Positions 42,985 to 52,397 of a DNA stretch of 64,000 bases are shown here, piece by piece; the first letter of the stretch is position 1; the number at the start of each line of letters is the position of its first letter. The notes under the pieces were generated by a model. The model did no database searches and had not been told where the DNA came from. It was given only the letters and a program-made list of their open reading frames with translations. The DNA is taken from contig JBGARZ010000009.1 in assembly GCA_044229975.1 (NCBI GenBank), forward strand, positions 64,001 to 128,000, read 5' to 3'. Origin of the DNA: Polyangiales bacterium (lineage in GTDB: Bacteria > Myxococcota_A > Polyangia > Polyangiales > Ga0077539). Made by a program: the position numbers and the translations under genes.

Positions 42985-44154
42985 TCACCCGTACATCCAC
43001 CGCCCGCGTTCGCCCGCCCGCCACTCGGCCATCCGCTCGCTCCCGACCCTCATCAGCTCCTCCACGCTGGCCCCTGCGTCGATCCCCTCGCGCACCCGTT
43101 CGTCGCCGGTCAGCAGGTCCACCGCGGGCACGTCGTCGACGAACTCATACCGCTCCGTCCGCCACCCGAAGCCCTCCATCCGTCGGCACGCCCGCAGCGC
43201 CGCCAAGTACGCCCGATACGGCGCAAACGCCCGCTCGTCCGTCACGTGCACCTGCACCCCCTGGCACGTCGCCCCCGCGTGCTTCTGGAACATCGGCCGG
43301 AAGCTCATCGCCCGCGCCGTCATCCCGCCACCGCCCTCGCTCATCAACGCCGCCGCCAGCACCGCACCGTCCACCCACGGCGCGCCAAACACCTCGAACG
43401 GCCGCGTCGTCCCCCTGCCCTCCGACAGATTCGTCCCCTCCAACAAGCACCCGCCCGGATACACCACTGCCGTGTCCGGCGTCGGCATGTTGGGCGACGG
43501 CAGCACCCACAGCAGCCCCGTGTCCGCCCAGCGCATCGACCGCGCCCACCCCTCCATCGGCACCACCGTCACGTTCGCGAGCGACTCCTCCCGCGCGCGC
43601 CACGCCACCACCTCACCCAGCGTCAGCCCGTGCCGCACCGGAACCGCCTCCAACCCCACGAACGACCGCAACTCCGCCCGTTGCGGAGAGCCCTCCACCA
43701 CGTCGCCACCCAGCGGGTTGGGCCGATCGCACACCAGCACCTCCACTCCCTTCGCCGCGCACGCCCGCGCCATCAGCACGGCCGTCCACACGAAGGTGTA
43801 GTACCGCGAGCCCACGTCCTGGAGGTCGATGACCACGGCGTCCAACCCGTCCAGCCACTCGCTCCGCGGCGTCAGCGACGAATACTCCGCCCCGTAAAGC
43901 GAGTACGCCCGCACACCGACTCCACCGCCGCCGTCCGCGACGCCCTCCATGTCCTGCGCCTCGCCGCCCACGCCGTGCTCCGGCCCGAAGAGCGCCGTCA
44001 CCCGCGCGCCCGCCGCCGTCAGCACCTCCCGCGCGTGCCGCAGCTCCGACGTCACGCTCGCCGGGTGCGCCAGCAGCCCCACCGCGCGACCCCTCACCCG
44101 CCCGGTCTGCGCGGTCGCCAGCACCTCCAGGCCCGTTTGTACGCGCGCGCCCAT
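42985..44154 (-). CDS. namZ: Exo-beta-N-acetylmuramidase NamZ-like (DUF1343)
   Basis: ALFGPEHG, YSLYG, DLQDVGSRYYT, DRPNPLGG, RHGLTLGE, SPNMPT, SEGRGTTRPFE. Confidence 0.9.
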   Translation of the reverse strand: MGARVQTGLEVLATAQTGRVRGRAVGLLAHPASVTSELRHAREVLTAAGARVTALFGPEHGVGGEAQDMEGVADGGGGVGVRAYSLYGAEYSSLTPRSEWLDGLDAVVIDLQDVGSRYYTFVWTAVLMARACAAKGVEVLVCDRPNPLGGDVVEGSPQRAELRSFVGLEAVPVRHGLTLGEVVAWRAREESLANVTVVPMEGWARSMRWADTGLLWVLPSPNMPTPDTAVVYPGGCLLEGTNLSEGRGTTRPFEVFGAPWVDGAVLAAALMSEGGGGMTARAMSFRPMFQKHAGATCQGVQVHVTDERAFAPYRAYLAALRACRRMEGFGWRTERYEFVDDVPAVDLLTGDERVREGIDAGASVEELMRVGSERMAEWRAGERGRWMYG

Positions 44155-44354
44155 CACAGCAACCCGTCGAGGATGCGCGTCAGCCGCTCGTCGCCGCCCG
44201 CGGGCGGTTCCCACGCCACTACCATCACGGCCACGCCCTCCGAGCGCGGCCCCTCCGCCAACGCCTCCAAGCCCAACTGAACCACTCCCGCTCTTACACC
44301 GAAGGTCCCGTACGCGTCCTGCTCGTGCTCGTCGTCTCTGCTCACGTCGCTCAC
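44154..44354 (-). CDS. Small FdrA/DUF1116-associated protein
   Basis: VVQLGLEALAE..VAWEPPAGGDERLTRILD resembles the short WxPPAGG proteins of fdrA clusters; GTGA and TGATG overlaps with both neighbours. Confidence 0.65.
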   Translation of the reverse strand: MSDVSRDDEHEQDAYGTFGVRAGVVQLGLEALAEGPRSEGVAVMVVAWEPPAGGDERLTRILDGLL

Positions 44355-45892
44355 CCTTCCTCCGGCAGCAGCGCCAGCGCCGCCGTCACCGCGGACGTGT
44401 GGTCGGGCATCACGTTCACCCCCAGCGCCGTGAGCGCCGCCACCACCGTCGACCGCCGCTGCACGTCGTCGTCCGTCCCCACCACCACGGCCACCACCGA
44501 GATCTCGCCGCCTCGCGAACGCGATCGCTCCTTCACCGCCGTCAGCGCGTCGCGCATCGCGCCCACCGGGTCGGGCTGCGCGCCGTAGCCCAGCACCACG
44601 TCGAGCAGCAGCACCGCCACCGCCTCGTCGTTGGCCGCGTTGTAGATCGCATCGACGCGCAGCGACGGATCCATCGCCGCCGGCGCGCGACCGCGCGTGT
44701 ACTCCGCGTCGCCGAGGTCGAGCAGGTGGTGGCCCGCCATGCGGAAGCGCGAGCTGCGGGCGACGCCCTCTACGGACAGGTTCGTCGTCAGCGGCGCGAG
44801 GTGACGGCAGCGCTCGACGGCCTCCGCGCAGAGCGTTCCGCCCACGTACAACGCCCGCAGCCACCGTTGCGACGGCGCGTACGCCGGGCGCACCACCGAC
44901 GGCATCACCCACGGTTCGACCCGCACGCCCGACGCCTCGGCCGCCCGCCACGCCGCGTCCGCGATGGACGTCGCCCAGGTCACACCCGCCACCGCTGGGA
45001 GCTTCGTCTCGCCCAACAGACACGCGACCACCGGCCGCCCCGTCGCCCCGGCCCGCTCCACCGCCCGCAGCGCCACCTCGCGCGAACACCGCCGCGCCAG
45101 CAGCACCAGCACCTTCGTCGATGCGTCGCTCGCGAGGCGATCGAGCGCCGTCAGCGTCGTGCGTCCGCCCACCGCCTCCGTGAGGTCGCGATCGCCCGTC
45201 CCGACCGCGTGCGACACGCCGGCGCCCAATCGGTGCAGCAGCGTGGTGAGCTCCTGCATGCCCGTCCCCGAGGCCGCGACCACGCCGACGTCCCCGCGCC
45301 TCAACGCGTTGGCGAAGCCCAGCGGAACCCCATCCAACAACGCCCCACCACACTCCGGTCCCATCACCATCAACCCGCGCGCGTCGGCCAGGGTCTTGAG
45401 CGAGACCTCCTCCTCCACCGTCACGCCGTCGCTGGTCAGCAGCACCGAGAGGCCGTGCTCCAGCGCGCGCTTCGCCTCTCGCGCCGCGAAGGGACCCGGC
45501 ACCGACACCACCGCCAGCCGACTCTCGGGCTGCCGCGCCAACGCCTGCGACAGCGTCCGCGGCGCGTCGTCCGACGGGACACCGTGACCCGCCAGCGCCC
45601 CTGCCACGGGGCGCGCCGAGAGCCACGCGTCGCAACGCTCGATGGCCGCCGTCGCCGCGGCGTCGTCGCGGGCCGTCAACAACACCAGCAGGTCGCCCGG
45701 CTTCGGCGTCGTGGGCCAATGGTCGGGCGCCATGCCCATCTTCCGCAGCACGTCCTGGTTGCCCGCCGTCCCCATCATCGCGACCACCCGCTGAACGCCG
45801 TCCAGCGTCTCGATGTGTCGGGTGAGCGCCAGCAGCGTTCCCGCGTCGCGGTACTCGCTCGCGCGAATCATCGCCCGCCGCGTCGCGCTCAT
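44351..45892 (-). CDS. fdrA: FdrA-like acyl-CoA synthetase-fold protein
   Basis: MMGT..N, SVPGPFAAREA, MGPECG, FANALRRG, ASGTGMQE, GGTLC, LLLDVVLGYGA..DP. Confidence 0.85.
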   Translation of the reverse strand: MSATRRAMIRASEYRDAGTLLALTRHIETLDGVQRVVAMMGTAGNQDVLRKMGMAPDHWPTTPKPGDLLVLLTARDDAAATAAIERCDAWLSARPVAGALAGHGVPSDDAPRTLSQALARQPESRLAVVSVPGPFAAREAKRALEHGLSVLLTSDGVTVEEEVSLKTLADARGLMVMGPECGGALLDGVPLGFANALRRGDVGVVAASGTGMQELTTLLHRLGAGVSHAVGTGDRDLTEAVGGRTTLTALDRLASDASTKVLVLLARRCSREVALRAVERAGATGRPVVACLLGETKLPAVAGVTWATSIADAAWRAAEASGVRVEPWVMPSVVRPAYAPSQRWLRALYVGGTLCAEAVERCRHLAPLTTNLSVEGVARSSRFRMAGHHLLDLGDAEYTRGRAPAAMDPSLRVDAIYNAANDEAVAVLLLDVVLGYGAQPDPVGAMRDALTAVKERSRSRGGEISVVAVVVGTDDDVQRRSTVVAALTALGVNVMPDHTSAVTAALALLPEEG

Positions 45893-47124
45893 CGCAGGCC
45901 CCGCTCGGACGCGAAATGCTCGATGGCCTTGGTGAAGCACTCCAGCGGAACCCTCGTGAGCCCCGCCCCCACGCCCGCCCGCCCCGCCTCGCGGTGCGCG
46001 ATGGCCGCCCCGATCACCGGAAGTATCCCCGTGTCGAGCACCCGCCGCGCGTCGACGCCCACCGGCGCTCCCGCGGAGTCCAACGCCGCCACCGTGTACC
46101 GCGGGTGCCTCGCGACCGTGATCTCTCCCATGTCGAGCGTGACGCGCATCCCGTCCGCGTGCCGGGTGCCAAAGCGGGCATGCAACGCCGGCGCGCCCGC
46201 CAGCACGAAGGCCCCGAGCCCCGCCGTCTCGCCGATGGCCGAGTCACCCACGTCGCCTCCCGCGTCGTCCCCCTCGACCCCGTCGGCGAGTCGTCCCCGC
46301 ACCGTCGGCGCCAGGGCCGTAAACCAACGCTCGCCCGTCCCCGACAGCCGCACCCCGCAGCGCGCCCCGTTGCGGCTCATCGCCGTCACCACCGTGCTGT
46401 CCTCTACGCCGTGCGCCGCGTCGCACGCCAGTTTCGCCGCCGCCAGCGAGAGCGCCTGCGAGAGACCGCTCGCCGGGCCCTCGGCCCGCGCAAGGGCCGC
46501 CAGCGTCCCCGCGTGCGACAGCGCCGCGAGCAACCGCCCGTCCGCCGCCTGCGTGCGGTGCACCAGGTCGTCCCCCTCGTGCAGCGCCTCGGTCACCACG
46601 TCGTCGAAAAACACCCCGCCTCCCCGTCGCAGCGCGTCGTCCACGGCCGGCGCGAGGTCGTCTCGCCACGCGCGCCTCCGCCCCACGGCCTCGTCGTCGA
46701 AGGCCCCGAGGTCGGTGCGCGGCGACTCGATCAGCGCCCACGCCGTCGCCCCCTGACGCGTACCCGGCTCCCACTCCTCCACCACGCACACCGGGGTGTT
46801 GGGAGACCCGACGCCCGCGAGCGCGCCAACACCACCCGCGTGGTGGTTGGGACGCAGCGTGACCTCGGCCCGATCGAGCATCGCGCGCGCCTCGGCAGGC
46901 GTCGCGGCCCACCCCTCGAAGAGCACCGCGGCGAGGACCGCGCCCTGCTGCGCGCCGCCCATCTCCCGCCAGAGAATCGGCGGCCCGCTGTGGGTCAGCT
47001 CGTACGCTCCGAGGTCGAGCACCACGTCGCGCAGCGCACGTACACCGACCCAGCGGGCGCGGCTCGCCGTGAGCCGCCGGACGGCCTCGGCGTTGGCGTG
47101 GTCGATGCGATCGGCGAGCCTCAT
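45889..47124 (-). CDS. DUF1116 / YlbE-like protein (divergent)
   Basis: ANAEAV, HSGPP, FEGWA, STVVTAMSRNG, GDSAIGETAG, IAHREAG..GAG. Confidence 0.85.
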   Translation of the reverse strand: MRLADRIDHANAEAVRRLTASRARWVGVRALRDVVLDLGAYELTHSGPPILWREMGGAQQGAVLAAVLFEGWAATPAEARAMLDRAEVTLRPNHHAGGVGALAGVGSPNTPVCVVEEWEPGTRQGATAWALIESPRTDLGAFDDEAVGRRRAWRDDLAPAVDDALRRGGGVFFDDVVTEALHEGDDLVHRTQAADGRLLAALSHAGTLAALARAEGPASGLSQALSLAAAKLACDAAHGVEDSTVVTAMSRNGARCGVRLSGTGERWFTALAPTVRGRLADGVEGDDAGGDVGDSAIGETAGLGAFVLAGAPALHARFGTRHADGMRVTLDMGEITVARHPRYTVAALDSAGAPVGVDARRVLDTGILPVIGAAIAHREAGRAGVGAGLTRVPLECFTKAIEHFASERGLR

Positions 47125-47239
47125 GGTGGGGCTCCGGGGGCTCTGACTCATACGGATCCTTGTAAGCAATGGGCGGGCGGCGGGGCGGCGCCGCGATGGT
47201 ACCCGAAACTCACGCTCCACCTGTGGTACCGGTTGAGCC

Positions 47240-48385
47240 ATGGGCTACCTGTTCGAGACCGACGAGCACCGGGAGCTGCGCGCCCAGATGGAGCGCTTCG
47301 CCTCAGCGGAGATCGCGCCACACGCCGACGCGTGGGAAGAGGCCGAGGAGTTTCCGCGCGAGCTCTACACGAAGGCCGGATCGCTGGGGCTGTTGGGTCT
47401 CGGCTACCCCGAGGCGTACGGCGGCGGCGGGGGCGACCTCTCTCACGTCGTCGCCGCGAGCGAGTCGATGGTGCTCGCGGGTCGCTCGGTGGGCGTCACC
47501 GTCGGCCTCGGGAGCCACGGCATCGCGCTGCCTCCCATCCTCCGATCGGGGACGGAGGCGCAGAAGCAGCGGTGGGTTCCGCCGGTGGTGCGCGGGGAGA
47601 AGATCGCGGCGCTCGCCATCACGGAGCCCGGCGGCGGCAGCGACGTGGCCAACCTGAAGACGCGCGCCGAGCGGGTCGGCGATGAGCTGGTGATCAATGG
47701 GAGCAAGACGTTCATCACGTCGGGGGTGCGGGCCGACCTGGTGACGGTGGCGGTGCGAACGGGCGGCAGCGGGCACGGCGGCGTGTCGCTGGTGGTGGTC
47801 GAGCGCGGCACCCCGGGGTTTACCGTGGGTCGTAAGCTGAAGAAGATGGGCTGGTGGGCGTCGGACACGGCGGAGCTGCACTTCGAGGACTGCCGCGTGC
47901 CGATGGAAGACGTCGTCGGCGAGGTCGACCAGGGCTTCGTGACGATCATGCAGAACTTCGCGACGGAGCGGGTGTTTCTCGCGGCGCAGTGCGTGGCCAT
48001 CGCGACGCTCGCGTACCAGGAGTCGGTCGCGTACGCGCGGGAGCGGGTGGCGTTTGGGAAGCCGCTGAGCGGCTTTCAGGTGACGCGGCACAAGCTGGCG
48101 GAGATGGCGACGCGCATCGCGGCGGCGCGGGCGCTGACGGGCGAGGTGGTGACGCGGGTGATGGCCGGCGACGTCGCGGCGACGGGCATGGCGGCGATGG
48201 CGAAAAACGTCGCGACGGACATGTGCAGCGCGGTCTGCGACGAGGCGGTGCAGATACACGGCGGGTACGGCTACATGCGCGGCTACCTGGTCGAGCGGCT
48301 CTACCGCGACGCGCGGCTGTACCCGATTGGGGGTGGCACGCGCGAGATCATGAATGAGATCATCGGCAAGCTCGAAGGGTATTGA
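47240..48385 (+). CDS. Acyl-CoA dehydrogenase
   Basis: AITEPGGGSDV, INGSKTFIT, SDTAELHF, QIHGGYGY, YRDARLYPIGGGT. Confidence 0.96.
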   Translation: MGYLFETDEHRELRAQMERFASAEIAPHADAWEEAEEFPRELYTKAGSLGLLGLGYPEAYGGGGGDLSHVVAASESMVLAGRSVGVTVGLGSHGIALPPILRSGTEAQKQRWVPPVVRGEKIAALAITEPGGGSDVANLKTRAERVGDELVINGSKTFITSGVRADLVTVAVRTGGSGHGGVSLVVVERGTPGFTVGRKLKKMGWWASDTAELHFEDCRVPMEDVVGEVDQGFVTIMQNFATERVFLAAQCVAIATLAYQESVAYARERVAFGKPLSGFQVTRHKLAEMATRIAAARALTGEVVTRVMAGDVAATGMAAMAKNVATDMCSAVCDEAVQIHGGYGYMRGYLVERLYRDARLYPIGGGTREIMNEIIGKLEGY

Positions 48386-48414
48386 GCACAACGGCTGAGG
48401 GAGACAGTGACGAC

Positions 48415-49362
48415 ATGAGCAAGAAGATCATCGCGGTGACCGGCGCCACGGGCGCGCAGGGCGGCGGCCTCGCCCGCGCCATTCTCGACGACGCCTCCGG
48501 GGAGTTCACGCTGCGCGCCATCACGCGCAAGCCCGACAGCGACAAGGCTCGCGCGCTCGCCGACCGCGGCGCCGAGGTGGTGGCCGCCGACCTCGACGAC
48601 CAGGCCAGCCTGGAGAGGGCCTTCGCGGGCGCGTATGGGGCGTTCTGCGTGACCAACTTCTGGGAGCACTTCTCGGGCGAGAAGGAGACCGCGCAGGCCC
48701 GCTCGCTCGCGGCGGCGGCGAAGGCCGCGAAGGTCTCGCACGTGATCTGGTCGACCTTCGAGGACACGCGCGACCTGGTGCCCCTCTCCGACGACCGGAT
48801 GCCGACGCTCCACGGGAAGTACAAGGTCCCGCACTTCGACTCGAAGGGAGAGGCGAACAGCGCCTTCACCGGGTCGGGCGTGCCCACGACGCTGCTGCTC
48901 ACGTCGTTCTATTGGGACAACCTGATCCACTTCGGGATGGGGCCGAAGAAGGGCGCCGACGGAAAGCTGTCGTTCGTGCTGCCGATGGCCGACAAGAAGC
49001 TCCCGGGCATCGCCGCGGGCGACATCGGCGGCTGCGCCTACGGCGTCTTCAAGCGGGGCACCGAGTTCCAGGGGAAGACCGTCGGCGTGGCGGGCGAGCA
49101 CCTCACCGGCGACCAGATGGCGGCGGCGCTCTCGCAGGCGCTGGAGCAGCCCGTCTCCTACGCGTACGTCCCGCCGGAGGTGTACCGCACGTTCGGGTTC
49201 CCGGGCGCCGACGACCTGGGCAACATGTTCCAGTACAAGCGTGACTTCGAGACGCAGTACTGCGGCGCCCGCGACGTCGCCCTCTGCCGCTCGCTCAACC
49301 CGGGCCTCCAGACCTTCGCGCAGTGGCTCTCGCGCCACAAGGCGCAGATCACGGTCGGCTGA
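48415..49362 (+). CDS. NmrA/HSCARG family NAD(P)-binding protein
   Basis: VTGATGAQGG, AYGAFCVTNFWE, VPHFDSK, FPGADDLGNMF. Confidence 0.92.
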   Translation: MSKKIIAVTGATGAQGGGLARAILDDASGEFTLRAITRKPDSDKARALADRGAEVVAADLDDQASLERAFAGAYGAFCVTNFWEHFSGEKETAQARSLAAAAKAAKVSHVIWSTFEDTRDLVPLSDDRMPTLHGKYKVPHFDSKGEANSAFTGSGVPTTLLLTSFYWDNLIHFGMGPKKGADGKLSFVLPMADKKLPGIAAGDIGGCAYGVFKRGTEFQGKTVGVAGEHLTGDQMAAALSQALEQPVSYAYVPPEVYRTFGFPGADDLGNMFQYKRDFETQYCGARDVALCRSLNPGLQTFAQWLSRHKAQITVG

Positions 49363-49405
49363 CAGAGAGCCCTCTCATTCAAGCGGGCGGTGATGTTGTC
49401 CGCCC

Positions 49406-49654
49406 GGACGCCGGAGTTCGCGTGCCCCCATGAGGCGGGGTGCAGTCGCTCACTCCGGGCTATTTCAGGTCGTCACCCCGCGACGCGGGGTTGCAGAGAA
49501 TCCGCTCGTCTTCACGCCTGTGATGGGTTTGTTGAGTGAGTGGCCGCGGACACGACCCTGACCCTGCAACCCCGCGTCGCGGGGTGACGACCTGAAATAG
49601 CCCGGAGTGAGCGACTGCACCCCGCCTCATGGGGGCACGCGAACTCCGGCGTCC
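49406..49654. repeat. Perfect 91-bp inverted repeat (MITE/REPIN-like) between convergent genes
   Basis: 49406-49496 is the exact reverse complement of 49564-49654; 67-nt spacer; internal palindromes in each arm. Confidence 0.95.
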
Positions 49655-49681
49655 ACCGGACGAGATCACCAACCACTCAAA

Positions 49682-50329
49682 TCAGGGCACCACCGACACC
49701 GTCCGCCGGGCCACCACGTGGCCGTCCCACTCCAGCACCAGCCGATACTCTCCGGGCGCGGGCATCAGCGCTTCGATGATGGTTCGCGCGTCGCGCACGA
49801 CGTGCCCAGCCGGGAGATCGAACCACTCGTTGACCCGCGGCCCGTTGCCAAAGGCCAGGTCGAACACCTGCGACGGAACCCCGTTGACCAGCAGCCGCAG
49901 ACGATCGCGCTCGGGCTGCACCACACCGGATGAATTGTTGGTCGCGGAGATCTCCAGGCGGGTCGTCGCTCGCGCGCTCATGCGGATGCCGTCGGAGAGC
50001 GTGAGGTGCCACGTAAGCAGCGCCACCGCGGGCGGCAACGGAGTGGGGCGCGGCCGCGGCGGAGCGCCGTACGGAGCGACGATGGCGGGGTGCGCTTCGA
50101 CGTACGCATCGGCGCGCGGCGGCGGGTTGGCGAGGGCCGCGCCGCGCTCGCATCCGGTGAGGGTGAGCGACGCCCCGAGGGCGACGAGCGCCGCACGCGA
50201 CGCCCCGCGGGGAAGCTCCAACGACGGTGCGTCGTGAGTCACCACAAGCGCCGCGCAGAAGGGGCACCGCGCGTCCGTGGAGCGCACGTGCCGCGAGCAT
50301 CCGACACACACCACCAGCATCGTCGACAT
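49682..50329 (-). CDS. Myxobacterial-type protein with N-terminal CxxC..CPFC motif, lipobox and PYGxPP motif
   Basis: CVGCSRHV..CPFC; LTLTGC; VAPYGAPP; C-terminal beta-rich domain. Confidence 0.7.
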   Translation of the reverse strand: MSTMLVVCVGCSRHVRSTDARCPFCAALVVTHDAPSLELPRGASRAALVALGASLTLTGCERGAALANPPPRADAYVEAHPAIVAPYGAPPRPRPTPLPPAVALLTWHLTLSDGIRMSARATTRLEISATNNSSGVVQPERDRLRLLVNGVPSQVFDLAFGNGPRVNEWFDLPAGHVVRDARTIIEALMPAPGEYRLVLEWDGHVVARRTVSVVP

Positions 50330-50395
50330 GGCGGGCGATGATACGCGAGGGCCCGGTGGCACCACCCGATTCAGCGTGATAGTCGGACACCGGTC

Positions 50396-51100
50396 ATGGG
50401 GATTCCGTCGCTCGACAGCCCGGAGGTGCAGCGGCTCTCCATCCGGGAGGCGATCCAGCCGCAGCTCGCGCGGCTGCTGCTTCTCGTGGGTGGAGTCACC
50501 GACGCGAAGATGAAGCTCGCCATCGGTGGAGCGGTCGCCGCGCGTGACGCCGGGTGGAGGCGCTACACCGACGACCTCGACGTCTTCGCCCGCCCCGTGA
50601 GCGCGAAGCGGCTCGTGCGCGCGCTGGCCGCCGAGGGGATGAAGACCTTCTGGATCACCGACTCCCACGGCGTCGCGTGGCTCGAAGAGGACAACGCCGC
50701 GACCACCGCCAAGGGCGAGGCGCCCGCCGTCCGCATCGACGTGGTCAGCACCATCACCGAGCTCGAAGCCAGGGCGATCCGCACGGCCGTTGAAGCGCGC
50801 ACCCTCGGCGTGCCGGTGAAGGTCTTTCGCCCCGACCATCTTGCGGCGATCAAGTTCCTCGCCGGGCGGCCGCTCGATCTCATCGACTTCGATGAGCTCA
50901 TCCGACTCGGCGTCGACCTCGAACGGGTGCGCTTCATCGTCGCCACCGCCGACGAGACCCGGGTGGCCGCGGTGATGTCCCGCGGGCGCCGTGCGCTCAA
51001 GCCGCCAGGAGTGCGAGAGAAGCAGGTCCCCTATCTCGGTCGCGCGGCCCTCGATGAAGCGTGGAAGGCGACCGCCGCCACCCGTCAGCGCTCTTCGTAG
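50396..51100 (+). CDS. Nucleotidyltransferase-fold protein (DUF6036/AbiEii-like)
   Basis: IGGAVA..RYTDDLDV; LAAIKFLAGRPLDLID. Confidence 0.7.
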   Translation: MGIPSLDSPEVQRLSIREAIQPQLARLLLLVGGVTDAKMKLAIGGAVAARDAGWRRYTDDLDVFARPVSAKRLVRALAAEGMKTFWITDSHGVAWLEEDNAATTAKGEAPAVRIDVVSTITELEARAIRTAVEARTLGVPVKVFRPDHLAAIKFLAGRPLDLIDFDELIRLGVDLERVRFIVATADETRVAAVMSRGRRALKPPGVREKQVPYLGRAALDEAWKATAATRQRSS

Positions 51101-51634
51101 TCAGGCCGACCCGCGCCCTTCCAGCACCGCGCAGTCGTCCATCGCGTCGACCATGATCGCGACCTCCTGCATCAGGTAGCGCCCCGGCCCCTGCGTCCCG
51201 CACGAGCCACACCCCGCCATCGCCGCCTGCGACGCCGCGTACATCTCCCTTGCGCGCCGCGGGTCGCCCGCGCACGCCTCGGCCAGCACCGCCAGCGCCG
51301 CCGTCTCGCCGCACCCGCCGTCGAGCGTGCGGGCCGCCTCGGCCAGCGCCGGAAGCGCGTCGTAGCGCTCCACCCGCGCGGCCATCACGGCGAGTGAGAC
51401 CACGGCGTTTTTCCGTCGCAGCGTCGCCGGGTCGACGTCGTCGAGCAGCGCGTCGAGCGACGAGCGCGCCGCGGCCGGATCTTCGCCGAAGCCGAAGCCC
51501 TCCCACGCGGCCTCCACCCGCTCGTCGGCGGTGGGTCCATCGGTCGCCTTCTTGTGGTCGTGGCGCTTGTTGATCCACGACACGACCGCGGTCAGCAGCA
51601 CCAACCCCATCACCAGCGCGACTGCGTTTTCCAT
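51101..51634 (-). CDS. Hypothetical membrane-anchored protein
   Basis: N-terminal TM after ATG 51634; GGCGE and CGSC motifs; fills the gap between neighbours. Confidence 0.55.
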   Translation of the reverse strand: MENAVALVMGLVLLTAVVSWINKRHDHKKATDGPTADERVEAAWEGFGFGEDPAAARSSLDALLDDVDPATLRRKNAVVSLAVMAARVERYDALPALAEAARTLDGGCGETAALAVLAEACAGDPRRAREMYAASQAAMAGCGSCGTQGPGRYLMQEVAIMVDAMDDCAVLEGRGSA

Positions 51635-51710
51635 GATGTCTGGCGGCGTTGGTACCACGAGCGATGGCGCTGTTGGCGGCCGCCACCTCCGGTACTCTCG
51701 CGGGCTCGTG

Positions 51711-52397
51711 ATGCGATCCACCCTGGTCCGTTGGCTCACCCCAGAGCGCCGCCGCGTACTGTGGGTGCTGCTCGCCTCGGTGGTGTTTCGCTACCTGTGC
51801 GTGAAGCTGATGATCGCCCTGTCGCTCTGGGCCGAGCGGCAGCCCGCGCCCACGTTGGCCGACGCCCTCGTCGACCGCATCCCGCTCGTCCCGTGGATGG
51901 ACAACGTCAACTACCTCGTGTGGGGTCTCGGGTTTGTTCCGGTGTCGCTGGTGATGCTCTTCACCGACCCGTCGCGCTACGCCCGCTACTCGGTGACCGA
52001 CGGCATCCTCTCCGCCGTGCGCGGGTGCTGCGTGGCCGTCACCAGCCTCGGCCCCGTGCGCGGGATGAACCACGCCGCGGCGGTCGCAGCCAACACCAAC
52101 GGCCTCACCATGGCGGCGGCGCCGGTCAACGGTGCGCTCGCGGAGTCCAGGCAGCTCTTCCTCACGCACGACATGTTCTTCTCGGGTCACACGGCGACGA
52201 CGTTCTTGCTGCTGCTGTACGTGATGCGCGCGCCACGGCTGCGGGCGGCGATGGTCGTCACGCACGTCGCGGTGGTGGTGACGCTGCTCTTCGGTCACAT
52301 GCACTACACCATCGACATCATCGGGGCGTGGGCGGTGACCTTCACCGTGTTCTGGCTGCGCGAGGGCGACGTGCGGGCATTCCTACGCGGCGGGTGA
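51711..52397 (+). CDS. Sphingomyelin-synthase-like PAP2-superfamily membrane enzyme
   Basis: Multi-TM; DMFFSGHT and HYTIDI motifs. Confidence 0.8.
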   Translation: MRSTLVRWLTPERRRVLWVLLASVVFRYLCVKLMIALSLWAERQPAPTLADALVDRIPLVPWMDNVNYLVWGLGFVPVSLVMLFTDPSRYARYSVTDGILSAVRGCCVAVTSLGPVRGMNHAAAVAANTNGLTMAAAPVNGALAESRQLFLTHDMFFSGHTATTFLLLLYVMRAPRLRAAMVVTHVAVVVTLLFGHMHYTIDIIGAWAVTFTVFWLREGDVRAFLRGG

